A stretch of DNA of 64,000 nucleotides, from assembly GCA_965116875.1 (NCBI GenBank), contig OZ220733.1, positions 704,001-768,000 of the forward strand. Direction: 5' to 3'. Position 1 is the stretch's first letter. Each line of letters opens with the position of its first letter. Source of the stretch: Candidatus Latescibacterota bacterium. Lineage in GTDB: Bacteria > Latescibacterota > UBA2968 > GCA-2709665. Below are positions 43,871-53,230 of the stretch, piece after piece. The notes below the pieces were generated by a model. It saw nothing but the letters and a program-made list of their open reading frames with translations, was not told the DNA's origin and searched no databases. A program made the position numbers and the translations under genes.

Positions 43871-43963
43871 GACCTGGTGTATCCTGGCAATGCGCAGTTT
43901 AATCGCCTTTCTTCACTTGCACATATTCGACTTAACGTCCCCGAAAACACACGAATCAAGGTC
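43871..43963 (-). repeat. Unrecognised 93-bp non-coding element, copy B
   Basis: Begins inside the MBL stop codon; 75/93 identical to copy A. Confidence 0.8.
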
Positions 43964-44825
43964 ATTTGTAGCTGTTGTAGACGATCGCGAGCCAGCGTTC
44001 GGTGCTCATCCAGCCCTGACCCCACGACTGCCATTTCTCCGGCACGCCGGCGGCCTGAATTTCCTCCAGCGTCTTTCCTGCCGCGATGGACGCCTTGACG
44101 AGGTCCGCGCACGTTTCAAGCATCTCAAGCGCGGTCCTCAGATCGTCCACCGCGGCGAGCGGCCCGTGACCGGGGATTATACGCGCATCCGGCGGGATTT
44201 GTTTCACGAGAGACCGCACGGCCTCGATGTAACCCTGGACGTCTCCGCCGCCGCGGAGGTCGACGTATGGAAACCTGCCATTGAAGAAGAGGTCTCCGGT
44301 GTGGACGACGTTGGATCCGGCAAAGAACACCACGCCGTCGCCGTCCGTGTGGGCATTCGGAAAGTGGACCACGCGCAGTTCCTCGCCGTTGAAATGAATC
44401 GACAGCCCGTCATCGAATGTGATTTCCGGCAGAGCGGCTTCGGGTAACGGCCTGTCATCGACACGCCTGGCCGCCAGGCGGTTGCGGACGTTCCGGTGCG
44501 CGACGATGACGCCCTTCTCTCCAAAATGGGCGTTTCCGCCGGTATGATCACCATGGTAATGTGTATTCAGGACGAAGATGGGATCCCCGCCCCCCATCTC
44601 GCCGATGGCGGCGCGAATCTTTCCGGCCAGCGGCGCGAACTGATCGTCCACAATCAGCACGCCGTCCTCGCCCACGGACACGCCGATATTCCCGCCGCTG
44701 CCTTCCAGCATATAGACGTGGTCCGTGAGTCTGGTGGTCTTGATCTGAACCGCGGAAAAATCCCGCTGAGCGAATGATGTGCCGGCAAAGGCCAGAATCA
44801 GGGCGATTGGTAACCATCCGGACAT
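43962..44825 (-). CDS. Secreted metallo-beta-lactamase-fold hydrolase (cyclase-like)
   Basis: NTHYHGDHTGGN, AHTDGD, HTGDL, IPGHG. Confidence 0.92.
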   Translation of the reverse strand: MSGWLPIALILAFAGTSFAQRDFSAVQIKTTRLTDHVYMLEGSGGNIGVSVGEDGVLIVDDQFAPLAGKIRAAIGEMGGGDPIFVLNTHYHGDHTGGNAHFGEKGVIVAHRNVRNRLAARRVDDRPLPEAALPEITFDDGLSIHFNGEELRVVHFPNAHTDGDGVVFFAGSNVVHTGDLFFNGRFPYVDLRGGGDVQGYIEAVRSLVKQIPPDARIIPGHGPLAAVDDLRTALEMLETCADLVKASIAAGKTLEEIQAAGVPEKWQSWGQGWMSTERWLAIVYNSYK

Positions 44826-45032
44826 ATCGAAGATCCCCTAAAAAAAAGGAAAAAGGAAGAAGGAAGAAGGAAGAAAAAGAGCAACCAGAAAGAAGCCAAC
44901 CGGTTGACGGCTGCGCCGATATCTGTTACAACGAGAAAAGGCGCATCGAGGGCAGGATGCCCTCGTTCCCGCGAAAAGTAACGCGCGATAAACCGGAAAC
45001 CGATCGATTGACCTGGCCGGGTGCGTGCAATT

Positions 45033-45138
45033 GTAGGGGCAGCCCTTGTGGCTGCCCACGATGAGAGGGAATCTCTACCCTCTCGGTATATAGCGAATCA
45101 AAAAAGCCTGGAGCGGTGGCAACCGGCCGGTCGTCCCT
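45033..45138. repeat. Degenerate REP pair
   Basis: gtaggggcagcccttgtggctgccc and ggcaaccggccggtcgtccct. Confidence 0.55.
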
Positions 45139-45150
45139 TCACCGAAATTG

Positions 45151-45185
45151 AAAAAGACCCGGAGACAAACTCCCGGGCCTTTTTC
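45151..45185. terminator. Bidirectional intrinsic terminator-like hairpin
   Basis: aaaaagacccgg..cccgggccttttt. Confidence 0.55.
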
Positions 45186-45252
45186 TACTGTCATTGCCAA
45201 CGACTCCTCGCAGTACGCGAATCGCCTGTGCCTGTTCACTCGCGGCCGCGAC

Positions 45253-45316
45253 TAACAGCCCGTTGATAAAGTCGCTCTGCAGGCGAGGCCGTTTGGGCTT
45301 TTTCAACGGGCTGTTA
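45253..45316 (-). mobile_element. MITE-like element, short copy
   Basis: TA-acagcccgttga...tcaacgggctgt-TA terminal inverted repeats; internal match to 52323-52423. Confidence 0.7.
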
Positions 45317-46042
45317 AGCCGTCCTTCCGTCGATGGTGCCCACTTCGATCTTCAGTTCATCCCGGTTCACAACACGGTCAACGCGGCCGTCGCGCACCCA
45401 CACCACCCTGTCGGAAACGCTCAGCATCTTGTGGTCGTGCGTGGCCGAAACCACGGTTACGCCCGAATCCTTGTTCATCTGACGCAGCAATTCGATAATC
45501 TCCGTACCGGTGCGCAGGTCCAGGTTTCCAGTGGGTTCGTCGGCCAGAATCAGGGCCGGATCGTTGGCGAACGCCCTGGCGACCGCCACGCGCTGCTGTT
45601 GTCCGCCCGAAAGCTCGAAGGGCTTGTGAGATACCCGGTCTCCCAGCCCCACCTTATTCAGCAGTTCCACTCCCTTGTCCCTGGCCTCGTCGCTGGTCAA
45701 CCCCGCGAACACCATGGGCAGCGTCACGTTTTCCAGCGCCGTCATCACCGGAATCAGGTTGAACGTCTGGAAAATATACCCGATTTTCCGGCATCGCAAC
45801 CACGCCAGTTCATAGGCGTCGAGCTGAGCAACGTCCACGTCGTCGATGTACACCTTGCCGTCGCTGGGTTTGTCCAGACCGCCGACCATATTGAACAGGG
45901 TGGTTTTACCGGAGCCCGAAGGCCCCATAATGGAGATGTACTCGCCCTGCTCGATTTCGATATCCACCCCTTTTAGAGCGGCCACCCGCACGTCGCCCAT
46001 CTCGTAGACTTTCTTCACGTCCTGCGTTCGTACGACGGCCAT
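45314..46042 (-). CDS. ABC ATPase, LolD/MacB-type
   Basis: [33 protein letters not shown]. Confidence 0.93.
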   Translation of the reverse strand: MAVVRTQDVKKVYEMGDVRVAALKGVDIEIEQGEYISIMGPSGSGKTTLFNMVGGLDKPSDGKVYIDDVDVAQLDAYELAWLRCRKIGYIFQTFNLIPVMTALENVTLPMVFAGLTSDEARDKGVELLNKVGLGDRVSHKPFELSGGQQQRVAVARAFANDPALILADEPTGNLDLRTGTEIIELLRQMNKDSGVTVVSATHDHKMLSVSDRVVWVRDGRVDRVVNRDELKIEVGTIDGRTA

Positions 46043-46094
46043 GGTCCACCTCTTTATGAATTTCGGACCGGGTGTTCGACCCGAGAAAGACGCG

Positions 46095-46784
46095 TCAGAC
46101 TTCCAGACGCATTGCGTCGACAGGCTCCATCTTGGCGGCGCGGTAGGCCGGTAGAATTCCGCCCATCAGGGAAAGAAAGGAACCAAGCACGATCGCCATC
46201 AGCCCGCGCTCCAGAATGGTGGGCCACGGCACGTGCCCCATGACGCCGGTGCCATAGCCGATCCAGGACGTCAGTATGGACAGCAGAAGACCCACTGCCG
46301 CGCCCAGTACGGTGCCGGCCATGCCCATGAAGGCGGACTCAAGTATGAACAGCTTGACAATGAATCCATCCAGGGCTCCCATGCATTTCATGGTGCCGAT
46401 CTCCCGGAAACGCTCGGTGACGGACATCAGCATCGCGTTTGTAATCCCCACCAGGCAAACCAGCAGCGAAAGCACAACCAGCCAGGTGTTCTTGGCCTCC
46501 TCCTGTCGATTGGCTTCACTCTCCTGACTGATATCGATTCCCTTCTGCTGGAGGATGAGGTTCATCTTGGGATCGTTGGCGTCACGAAGACTGTTGACGA
46601 TCGAACTGGTGGTCCAGATGGACATCAGAAACGCGATGGCCAGAATAATGCTGCTTACCGTGATCAACGACCGCCCGAACCGGATTTTCACGCTGTTGAA
46701 ACTGATTTCAACGGCCTTTCTGACCGGCAGTTTCACCTGCGTGCCGATTTCCCGGCGGGCAGGTGACGAATAACTCTCCGCCAT
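46095..46784 (-). CDS. FtsX-like ABC permease
   Basis: NAMLMSVTERFREIGTMKCMGA, PAYRAAKMEPVDAMR; RBS ggaggag. Confidence 0.9.
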   Translation of the reverse strand: MAESYSSPARREIGTQVKLPVRKAVEISFNSVKIRFGRSLITVSSIILAIAFLMSIWTTSSIVNSLRDANDPKMNLILQQKGIDISQESEANRQEEAKNTWLVVLSLLVCLVGITNAMLMSVTERFREIGTMKCMGALDGFIVKLFILESAFMGMAGTVLGAAVGLLLSILTSWIGYGTGVMGHVPWPTILERGLMAIVLGSFLSLMGGILPAYRAAKMEPVDAMRLEV

Positions 46785-46882
46785 GAACTCCTCCAACAAC
46801 AGGACGAATCGACGTTCGAAAGGGTCTACTCGTTGCCTGAGTCTACCGGCTGTTTCACCTGTGCCGGTGTGGTGTGCCAGCC

Positions 46883-48532
46883 TTATCTGACTTCAGCGCC
46901 GTGCATTGCAGGGACGTGGGTGCGCCCCTGGCGTGTTGCGTAATACGCCCGATCCGCCAACAACTTTTTTGCGCGGTCGAACAGCGCCAGCGTTTGAACG
47001 ACTTCCGGGTCCTGACTCACGGCGACCCTGCCCGCCTCCCGGTCTCCCCAGCGGAACTTCGCAAAATACCGTTTCATCTGCCGCTTGATCAAATCGATGC
47101 CCGATTCGAATTCGGCACCCGTAAACGTCAGATCGGGTTCTCTTGTCTTGAGGAATTTCCTGAATTCCGCGATCTCGAGCGAATCAGGAGAATACCGTAG
47201 AAGATAGTCCTCGAAATCCGGGTACGCGCTGGTAAACTCAGAACCCCGTCGACTGGCGAATTCAAAAAAATGTCGCGGGGAGAGCCGCCGTTCGAAATCG
47301 CCCGGACGGGCCGATTCCAGTTCCACGTCGGGTGTGATCCCGCCGCTGCCGTAGACCTTCCTGTTCAGAATCTGCGTAAAATAGACCGGTTGAGAGACAA
47401 CGCTGTCAGGATCGGCATTGGGATCGTACCCGTCGTGCGCCGCTTGAAGATAAGCACGCCTGTCGTCCGAATAAGGACGCTGGATCGGCCGCTCGCTGGG
47501 CGTGAAATAGCGCGCCACCGTGAGCAGGACGGCGCCGCCGTTCTTCAGCGGATACTGCTTTTGTACCAGCCCTTTGCCGAATGTGGTCCTGCCGACGACG
47601 AGCCCTCGATCATAATCCTGAACAGCGCCCGCCACAATTTCCGATGCGCTGGCGCTGTAGTTGTCGACCAGAACCGTCAAGGGCCAATCCAGAGGCGCCA
47701 CCGGATCGCGATCCGCGAAATGATCTTCTCTTGAACCGCTCCTGCGTCCCTCTGTGTACACCAGGAGGCGGTCTTTTTCGAGGAACTGATCCGCCACCGC
47801 AACCGCCTGTTCAAGGTAACCGCCACTGTTGCCACGCAGATCGAGGATCAGTTTTTCTGCACCCGCATCGACCAATCCTTTGAGAGCAACCCGCAACTCG
47901 CGGGACGTGCGACTCGAGAACCGGTCGATCTTTACATAACCCACGTCCGAAGTCAGTTTAAACGCATACGGAACGCTCGGCACTTCTATCTTGTCGCGAA
48001 TTATCTCGATCGTGAGCGGGTCGGCCAATTCCGCCCGTTGAACCTGTACAATCACCCTGCTGCCCTTGGGACCCTTTAGACGCCGTTTCACCTCATCCGT
48101 CTTCCGGATCCCGACAGCCGACACCCCGTCGATCTTCACAATGCGGTCGCCGGCCTGGAGGCCGGCCTTATAGGCGGGAGCTCCTACGATTGGAGAAAGT
48201 ACCGTCAACTGGCCCGCGATGATTTCGAAATAAATCCCGATTCCCTCAAACGAGCCTTGCATCCTGTCCTGGGTGTCCTGGAGTTCCTCCGGCGAGATAT
48301 AGGTTGAATGGGGGTCCAGCCGGGATAGATAGCCTTCAATCGCACCGTGATACAACTCGACCGGATCGGTCGATTCATAGTACTGGCGGCGCACCAGGTC
48401 GGCCAGCTGATCCAGGGTATGCGCCTGCATCGCCGTGTTCACGCGAGGTGGGGGCTCCGCCCCGACCGAGGTTGGAGGACCCGCCGCCCACACCAGGATC
48501 AGCAGGGAAACAATCCGAAAAATGACGGACAT
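46883..48532 (-). CDS. S41 C-terminal processing peptidase (CtpA-like) with PDZ domain
   Basis: LDPHSTY, FEGIGI, LDLRGNSGG, SASASEIVAGA, TFGKGLVQ. Confidence 0.93.
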   Translation of the reverse strand: MSVIFRIVSLLILVWAAGPPTSVGAEPPPRVNTAMQAHTLDQLADLVRRQYYESTDPVELYHGAIEGYLSRLDPHSTYISPEELQDTQDRMQGSFEGIGIYFEIIAGQLTVLSPIVGAPAYKAGLQAGDRIVKIDGVSAVGIRKTDEVKRRLKGPKGSRVIVQVQRAELADPLTIEIIRDKIEVPSVPYAFKLTSDVGYVKIDRFSSRTSRELRVALKGLVDAGAEKLILDLRGNSGGYLEQAVAVADQFLEKDRLLVYTEGRRSGSREDHFADRDPVAPLDWPLTVLVDNYSASASEIVAGAVQDYDRGLVVGRTTFGKGLVQKQYPLKNGGAVLLTVARYFTPSERPIQRPYSDDRRAYLQAAHDGYDPNADPDSVVSQPVYFTQILNRKVYGSGGITPDVELESARPGDFERRLSPRHFFEFASRRGSEFTSAYPDFEDYLLRYSPDSLEIAEFRKFLKTREPDLTFTGAEFESGIDLIKRQMKRYFAKFRWGDREAGRVAVSQDPEVVQTLALFDRAKKLLADRAYYATRQGRTHVPAMHGAEVR

Positions 48533-48643
48533 ACAGAATGCTCGCGAGTCAGGCAAGTTCATTACAGACTGCCAAAAAAACGTTTCAACATAACGACGCC
48601 GGCCGGAGATGTCAAGGAGAAAGCGCATCCGCCGGGGGCACCG

Positions 48644-49357
48644 TCAGCCACCGGATCCTTTCGATCGGGTCAGGGAAAACAGGAGCAACTGCTTGGAAAA
48701 GAGATAATACTCCCTGAGATTCAGTTTGCTGGTGCTGTACTGCCGGTTGCGGAACACATAGGGCACCTCGATGAACGTCGACCAGGTTCCCTTGACCAGA
48801 ATCTCCAGCAGTATCTTGTACCCGGGGGAGGTCAGCGTCACACCCTGAAGCACACGGCGATGCAGGAAAAAATACCCGCTGAGCGGATCCTGCACACCAG
48901 TCAGTTGCCTCGCAGCCAGCACTCCGGCCTGGGAGATCAGCTTTCGATACCACGGCCACCTCTCCACGCGGCTGTCGGGATTATAGCGGCTGCCAAGCGC
49001 GACGTCGTGCTCGCGAAGCCCGAGAATCAATCGGGGCAAGACCGACGGATCGTGGCTCAGATCCGCGTCGATCACTCCCAGGCAGTCGCGTTTCGACGTC
49101 CGGAATCCCTCCATAACCGCGCTGCCCAGGCCGAGTTTGCCGGGCCGATGAACCACCTGGACGGGATACCGGTCTTTGAGCCCCTCCGCTTCCTCGCCGG
49201 TACCGTCCGGAGAGTTATCGTCCACCACGATCAATTCAACGTCAATCTCCGGGTACTGTCCGACAGCCGCGAAAATCTCGTCAGCCAGAAGTGAGACGTT
49301 CGGGCGCTCATTGTAGGTGGGCGTAATCAGAGAGACGCGCAACGGGGTTTCATCCAT
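48644..49357 (-). CDS. GT2 polyprenol-phosphate mannosyltransferase-like
   Basis: PTYNE, VDDNSPDGT, DADLSHDP, GSRY, GYKILLE. Confidence 0.9.
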   Translation of the reverse strand: MDETPLRVSLITPTYNERPNVSLLADEIFAAVGQYPEIDVELIVVDDNSPDGTGEEAEGLKDRYPVQVVHRPGKLGLGSAVMEGFRTSKRDCLGVIDADLSHDPSVLPRLILGLREHDVALGSRYNPDSRVERWPWYRKLISQAGVLAARQLTGVQDPLSGYFFLHRRVLQGVTLTSPGYKILLEILVKGTWSTFIEVPYVFRNRQYSTSKLNLREYYLFSKQLLLFSLTRSKGSGG

Positions 49358-49455
49358 GCCGATGACCTTTTGAGAAAACGGCGCGCGTGTCAAACGCAAC
49401 GACGGCACTCAATATAGAAACCGGAATCCGCTGTAACCGGTACGAGAGGGTTCAA

Positions 49456-50367
49456 TTACCCGGCTGAAACACGCATTTCCGTGCATGTCCGCTTCAGGTT
49501 CTCAGAAAAAGATCTCAACTCCGGATTGAACAGTTCGCGTGCGAGGTCGAGCTTCAGGCCGGCGCCAGGGGGCCTGGGGGCGATCTGTCCCAACTCCTCG
49601 GAAGTCACCGGCGCCACCAGGTTGGCGTCCAGATCGAAACATCGGCAGATCCGCCGGACCATTTCAAACCGGCTCATGAATTCCGATCCCGCAAAGTGGA
49701 TCACGCCCCGGAATTCCCGGCGGCACAGTCCAAGGAGAAACACGGCAAGTTCATCCACGCAGGTGGGATTCGCCCATTCGTCGGTAACCACGCGAATGGA
49801 CTCGCCGCGAAGGAGGGATTCCAGCGCCCACGTGACGAAATTGGGCCGGCACCCCGCACGATAGCCGTAGAGCACCGCCGTTCGGACCACCAGTCCATGG
49901 CAGGGCGAGGCCAGAACGATGGCCTCCGCTTCCAGCTTGGTCCGACCGTAGACGTTTACGGGATTGGTAACATCCGTCTCGGCGTAGGGCCCCGCCTGAC
50001 CGTCGAATACATAGTTCGTCGAAACGGTCACCAGGCCGGCGCCCGCGTCTTCACACGCCCGAATCAGGTTCCGGGTTCCGCACACGTTGACCCGGCGCGC
50101 CAGATCCGGATTCCGTTCGCATCGATCCACGCCCGCTTCCGCGGCCGCATTGATCACCCAGTCGGGCCGTACCTGTGATACCGCCCGGACGACTGACTCC
50201 GCATCCGTTACATCCACCCGGATACAGTCCGACCCCGGATGCGGCGGCCGGGGACTGCGTGCCGCGGGAACCCGATCCAGGCCCTGAAACGGTACGTCGC
50301 ACAGCGCCCTCCCCAGAAACCCCGAAGCCCCTGCGATCAATACTTTCTGTTTTGACCCGTCACCCAT
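49456..50367 (-). CDS. dTDP-4-dehydrorhamnose reductase (RmlD)-like SDR
   Basis: GASGFLG, STNYVFDG, NVYGRTKLEAE, DEWANPT. Confidence 0.85.
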   Translation of the reverse strand: MGDGSKQKVLIAGASGFLGRALCDVPFQGLDRVPAARSPRPPHPGSDCIRVDVTDAESVVRAVSQVRPDWVINAAAEAGVDRCERNPDLARRVNVCGTRNLIRACEDAGAGLVTVSTNYVFDGQAGPYAETDVTNPVNVYGRTKLEAEAIVLASPCHGLVVRTAVLYGYRAGCRPNFVTWALESLLRGESIRVVTDEWANPTCVDELAVFLLGLCRREFRGVIHFAGSEFMSRFEMVRRICRCFDLDANLVAPVTSEELGQIAPRPPGAGLKLDLARELFNPELRSFSENLKRTCTEMRVSAG

Positions 50368-50385
50368 TGGCGCCACCCGGATGCG

Positions 50386-51969
50386 TTAATTATCCTCTCT
50401 GTCACTCGGAACGGACGCAGCTTTCCGCTCTGCCTCCACGCGCAGGTACATTGCCATGCCTCTGCACAGAGCGCCCGCGCCGCCGGCGCGCGCCAGATGC
50501 GAATTCGCAAGCGCCGCGAGTATCTCACCGGCCGTTTCCAGATAGCGCCGATGACCGGTCAGGACGAATAGCCTCGCAAGTACCTGAACCGCCACCCCGT
50601 TACCCGACGGGACCAGACGGTCCACGGCGTGGATAACGGCTGCGTCCGGCTCCGGCCAGCGATCCCGCAGCGCGCCGCTGTCATCGAGAAGCCGCTCCAG
50701 CATCACGTCCGTGAGTTGCAATGCGAACCGGTATGCAGCGTTGTCGCCACCCGCGCCGTATAGATCCAGCGCGGCCCTGGCGACCAGGGCCTGGTCGGCA
50801 AGCAGCAAAACCGACGGTTCCGGCTGGTCGAGCGCATGTCGAACTCCGCCTTCAGGATGCGTAAGCCTCGTGCGGATCGACGCCAGAACGTCCCTCGCCA
50901 GATCCAGGTAGGACGCCTTCGCGGAAGCCTGATAGAGCGTCACAAGCCCGGTAACGGCCAGAGCGTTCCACGAGGTGTAGACAGCCGGGTCTCTCGGGGC
51001 CGCGCGACCCGCCTCCAGCAGAACCGCCGCGCCGTATTCTTCGGAAAACCCCGCGAATCCCGCGGCAAACAAGCCGTCCTGCGGCACGAAGAGCCCGCGG
51101 ATCAGCGCGTCGCCCAGATCGATAGCCGCCGCCGTGTCCGTCCGCGCAAGAACCGCAAGCCAGCCCGCGTTCGACGCCAGCGTCTTCTCGGTATCGAGTA
51201 CCACCCCATCCGGTGTGAGCTGCCGCTGGAAGAACGTGCCGTCGGAGTCGCGCAGCGGACTTGAGACGACCGTTTTCAGCCGATCCAGCGCCAGGGCCCG
51301 TGCCGCGCCGTTATCGCCATCGAGGAGTAAAAGAAACGACTCCGGACCCGGAGTCTCTCCGCGGATCAGCGCTGCGGAAGTGCTGTCCGTAAACGCCAGC
51401 AGATGGCCGGACGAGACCTCGGAGCGGCGGAAATGCCGGGCTTCTCTCGCCGTCCACAGCGCAAGATTCCGCCGCTCGCGTTCGAAATCAGTCCAGCGTT
51501 TCGGGTTATTGAAATAGACCCAAATCCGTCGCAGCAACTCCCGCAGATCTTCCGGATCCAGGTACGTGGATCCGGTCATCCAGTCGCCATCGGGCGTCAG
51601 GATCGCCGTTGAAGGCCAGCCCCCCATTCCGAATCGTTCCGCCAGGTCGGGGCGCCGGTCCACGTTCACCCGTATCGGCCAGGCGCCTCGTCCAATTGCC
51701 CGCACCAACCCCGGGTCTTCGAAACAGCGCCTCGTCATGTCCCGGCACCAGAACGACCTGCTGGAATAAAGATATATGAACAGCGGACGATTGAGAACGC
51801 GCGCGGAATCCCGATTGGACCATTCCCTCCAGGTCACCCGTCCGGGAGGCGGCGCGGACAGCTCGGGTAACGCAGATGGTTCCGGTGCCCGCTCGCAACC
51901 CGCAAACCCGGAACTCAACGCCAGCAACACGCTGGCCGGACGCAGATGAATCCGCGAGACGCGAGTCAT
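50386..51969 (-). CDS. DUF255/YyaL-like thioredoxin-domain protein
   Basis: VDRRPDL..GGWPST..LTPDG, SWNAL, LADQA, PSGNG. Confidence 0.75.
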   Translation of the reverse strand: MTRVSRIHLRPASVLLALSSGFAGCERAPEPSALPELSAPPPGRVTWREWSNRDSARVLNRPLFIYLYSSRSFWCRDMTRRCFEDPGLVRAIGRGAWPIRVNVDRRPDLAERFGMGGWPSTAILTPDGDWMTGSTYLDPEDLRELLRRIWVYFNNPKRWTDFERERRNLALWTAREARHFRRSEVSSGHLLAFTDSTSAALIRGETPGPESFLLLLDGDNGAARALALDRLKTVVSSPLRDSDGTFFQRQLTPDGVVLDTEKTLASNAGWLAVLARTDTAAAIDLGDALIRGLFVPQDGLFAAGFAGFSEEYGAAVLLEAGRAAPRDPAVYTSWNALAVTGLVTLYQASAKASYLDLARDVLASIRTRLTHPEGGVRHALDQPEPSVLLLADQALVARAALDLYGAGGDNAAYRFALQLTDVMLERLLDDSGALRDRWPEPDAAVIHAVDRLVPSGNGVAVQVLARLFVLTGHRRYLETAGEILAALANSHLARAGGAGALCRGMAMYLRVEAERKAASVPSDREDN

Positions 51970-51972
51970 AGA

Positions 51973-52092
51973 ACAGCCCGTTGAAAAAGTCCATCCGGGC
52001 TGCCTGCCTGCTGCAGGCAGGCGGCCGTCCCTTGCGGTCGAAACCCTGTGTTGCCCGGCCTCGCCTGCGGAACGACTCTGTCAACGGACTGC
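51973..52092 (+). mobile_element. MITE-like element
   Basis: cagcccgttgaaaaagtccatcc...tcaacggactg. Confidence 0.7.
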
Positions 52093-52322
52093 CAAACCGG
52101 GCAACCGGCCGGAAAATGAGACGGCCTCACGGAAAAGTCGGGAACCACTGTGCACCAGATGCGTTTATATCTTGAAATCGACGAAAAGACTTGACATTTC
52201 AATGGCGATTAACGTAATTTTTTCGCTTGACAAGTTCTGGATTTGCCTCTTTTCCGGGCGCCGTTGGTAACGGGCAATGCAACCGAAAGCCGAAGTTGCA
52301 CAAAGACTTACAGGGCGAATTA

Positions 52323-52423
52323 GCAGCCCGTTGAAAAAGTCCATCCCGGCTGCGGCCGGCCCTTGCGGTCGAAAACCTGCGCTGCCCGGCCTCGCCTGCA
52401 GAGCGACTTTATCAACGGACTGT
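52323..52423 (+). mobile_element. MITE-like element
   Basis: Same ends and internal cccttgcggtcgaaa / gcccggcctcgcctgc blocks as 51973-52092. Confidence 0.7.
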
Positions 52424-52449
52424 CAGAGACATGGGAAGGTTTCGGGACT

Positions 52450-52707
52450 TCAACGGATCTTCGCAAGCGGTATCGCCTCTTCGATCAGCATGATGGGAAT
52501 GTTGTCTTCAATCGGGTACATGTAAGCGCCGTCCTCGCGAACAAGGCCTCCGTCAACGGGTTTCTCAACGAGGGTTCCCCCCCGGTTGCGCAACTCGCCA
52601 TTCTCGATGAGATCGTTGACTTTTTCGATCAGTTCCCGATCTGCCGGACCCACCGGTGTTTTGTTTTCGGGACAGGCCAGAATATCGAGAAGTTCCCTGT
52701 CGATCAC
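52450..52707 (-). CDS. Trm112/YcaR-like protein
   Basis: IDRELLDILACPE...YPIEDNIPIMLIEEA. Confidence 0.88.
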   Translation of the reverse strand: MIDRELLDILACPENKTPVGPADRELIEKVNDLIENGELRNRGGTLVEKPVDGGLVREDGAYMYPIEDNIPIMLIEEAIPLAKIR

Positions 52708-53098
52708 CCCTGAACCCCTTTCAAATACAAGCGCCGCATTCGCGGAATTCGCTCTGTGCAGCACTCGGTTTGAGAGAAAATAGTCAACAAGCGGTCGTCG
52801 AACAAGCTTTTTCCGGCTGGAGCGCCTATTCCAAACATTCGCTGACGCGTTTTGCCCTGAGAAGCTGCCTTAAAACTCCCAGCGGTCTTCGCACGGATGC
52901 AAAAGCACCGGTCGGGAACTCGCCTGGAATTCGAAAACAGCTTCTTTGTTCCACAATTCCGTTCCACAAGAGTAACCGTCGACATGGTGGTGGTTACCGG
53001 CTTCGCCTTCCGGGGCGTTCGTCGCGTTGTGGACTTGCTGTCAAGACCTGTGGCGAATGGAGTGAGTGCACATGCCGTTTCAGACCGTTTCAGAATGT

Positions 53099-53161
53099 AA
53101 CCGGGTCGTCGGGCAAAAGGTTGGCGTGAGCCGTCCAGTCCCTTTCCGCACCCGGTTTTTT
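53099..53161 (+). promoter_or_regulatory. Leader stem-loop with U-tract upstream of the PorV-like gene
   Basis: aaccgggt/acccggtt outer stem, aaagg/ccttt inner stem, ggc-GTGA-gcc cap, T6. Confidence 0.4.
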
Positions 53162-53230
53162 GTGTCCTGTCGCCTCGGCGGTTCAGTCGCGCGAGATAGA
53201 AGACAGTTACACCTCGAGGAGCCGAACTCC

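Noticed and set aside
41122-44254. Diversity-generating retroelement TR/VR pair
   Set aside because: Mismatches are not confined to adenines of one copy, are mostly synonymous, and no reverse transcriptase is present
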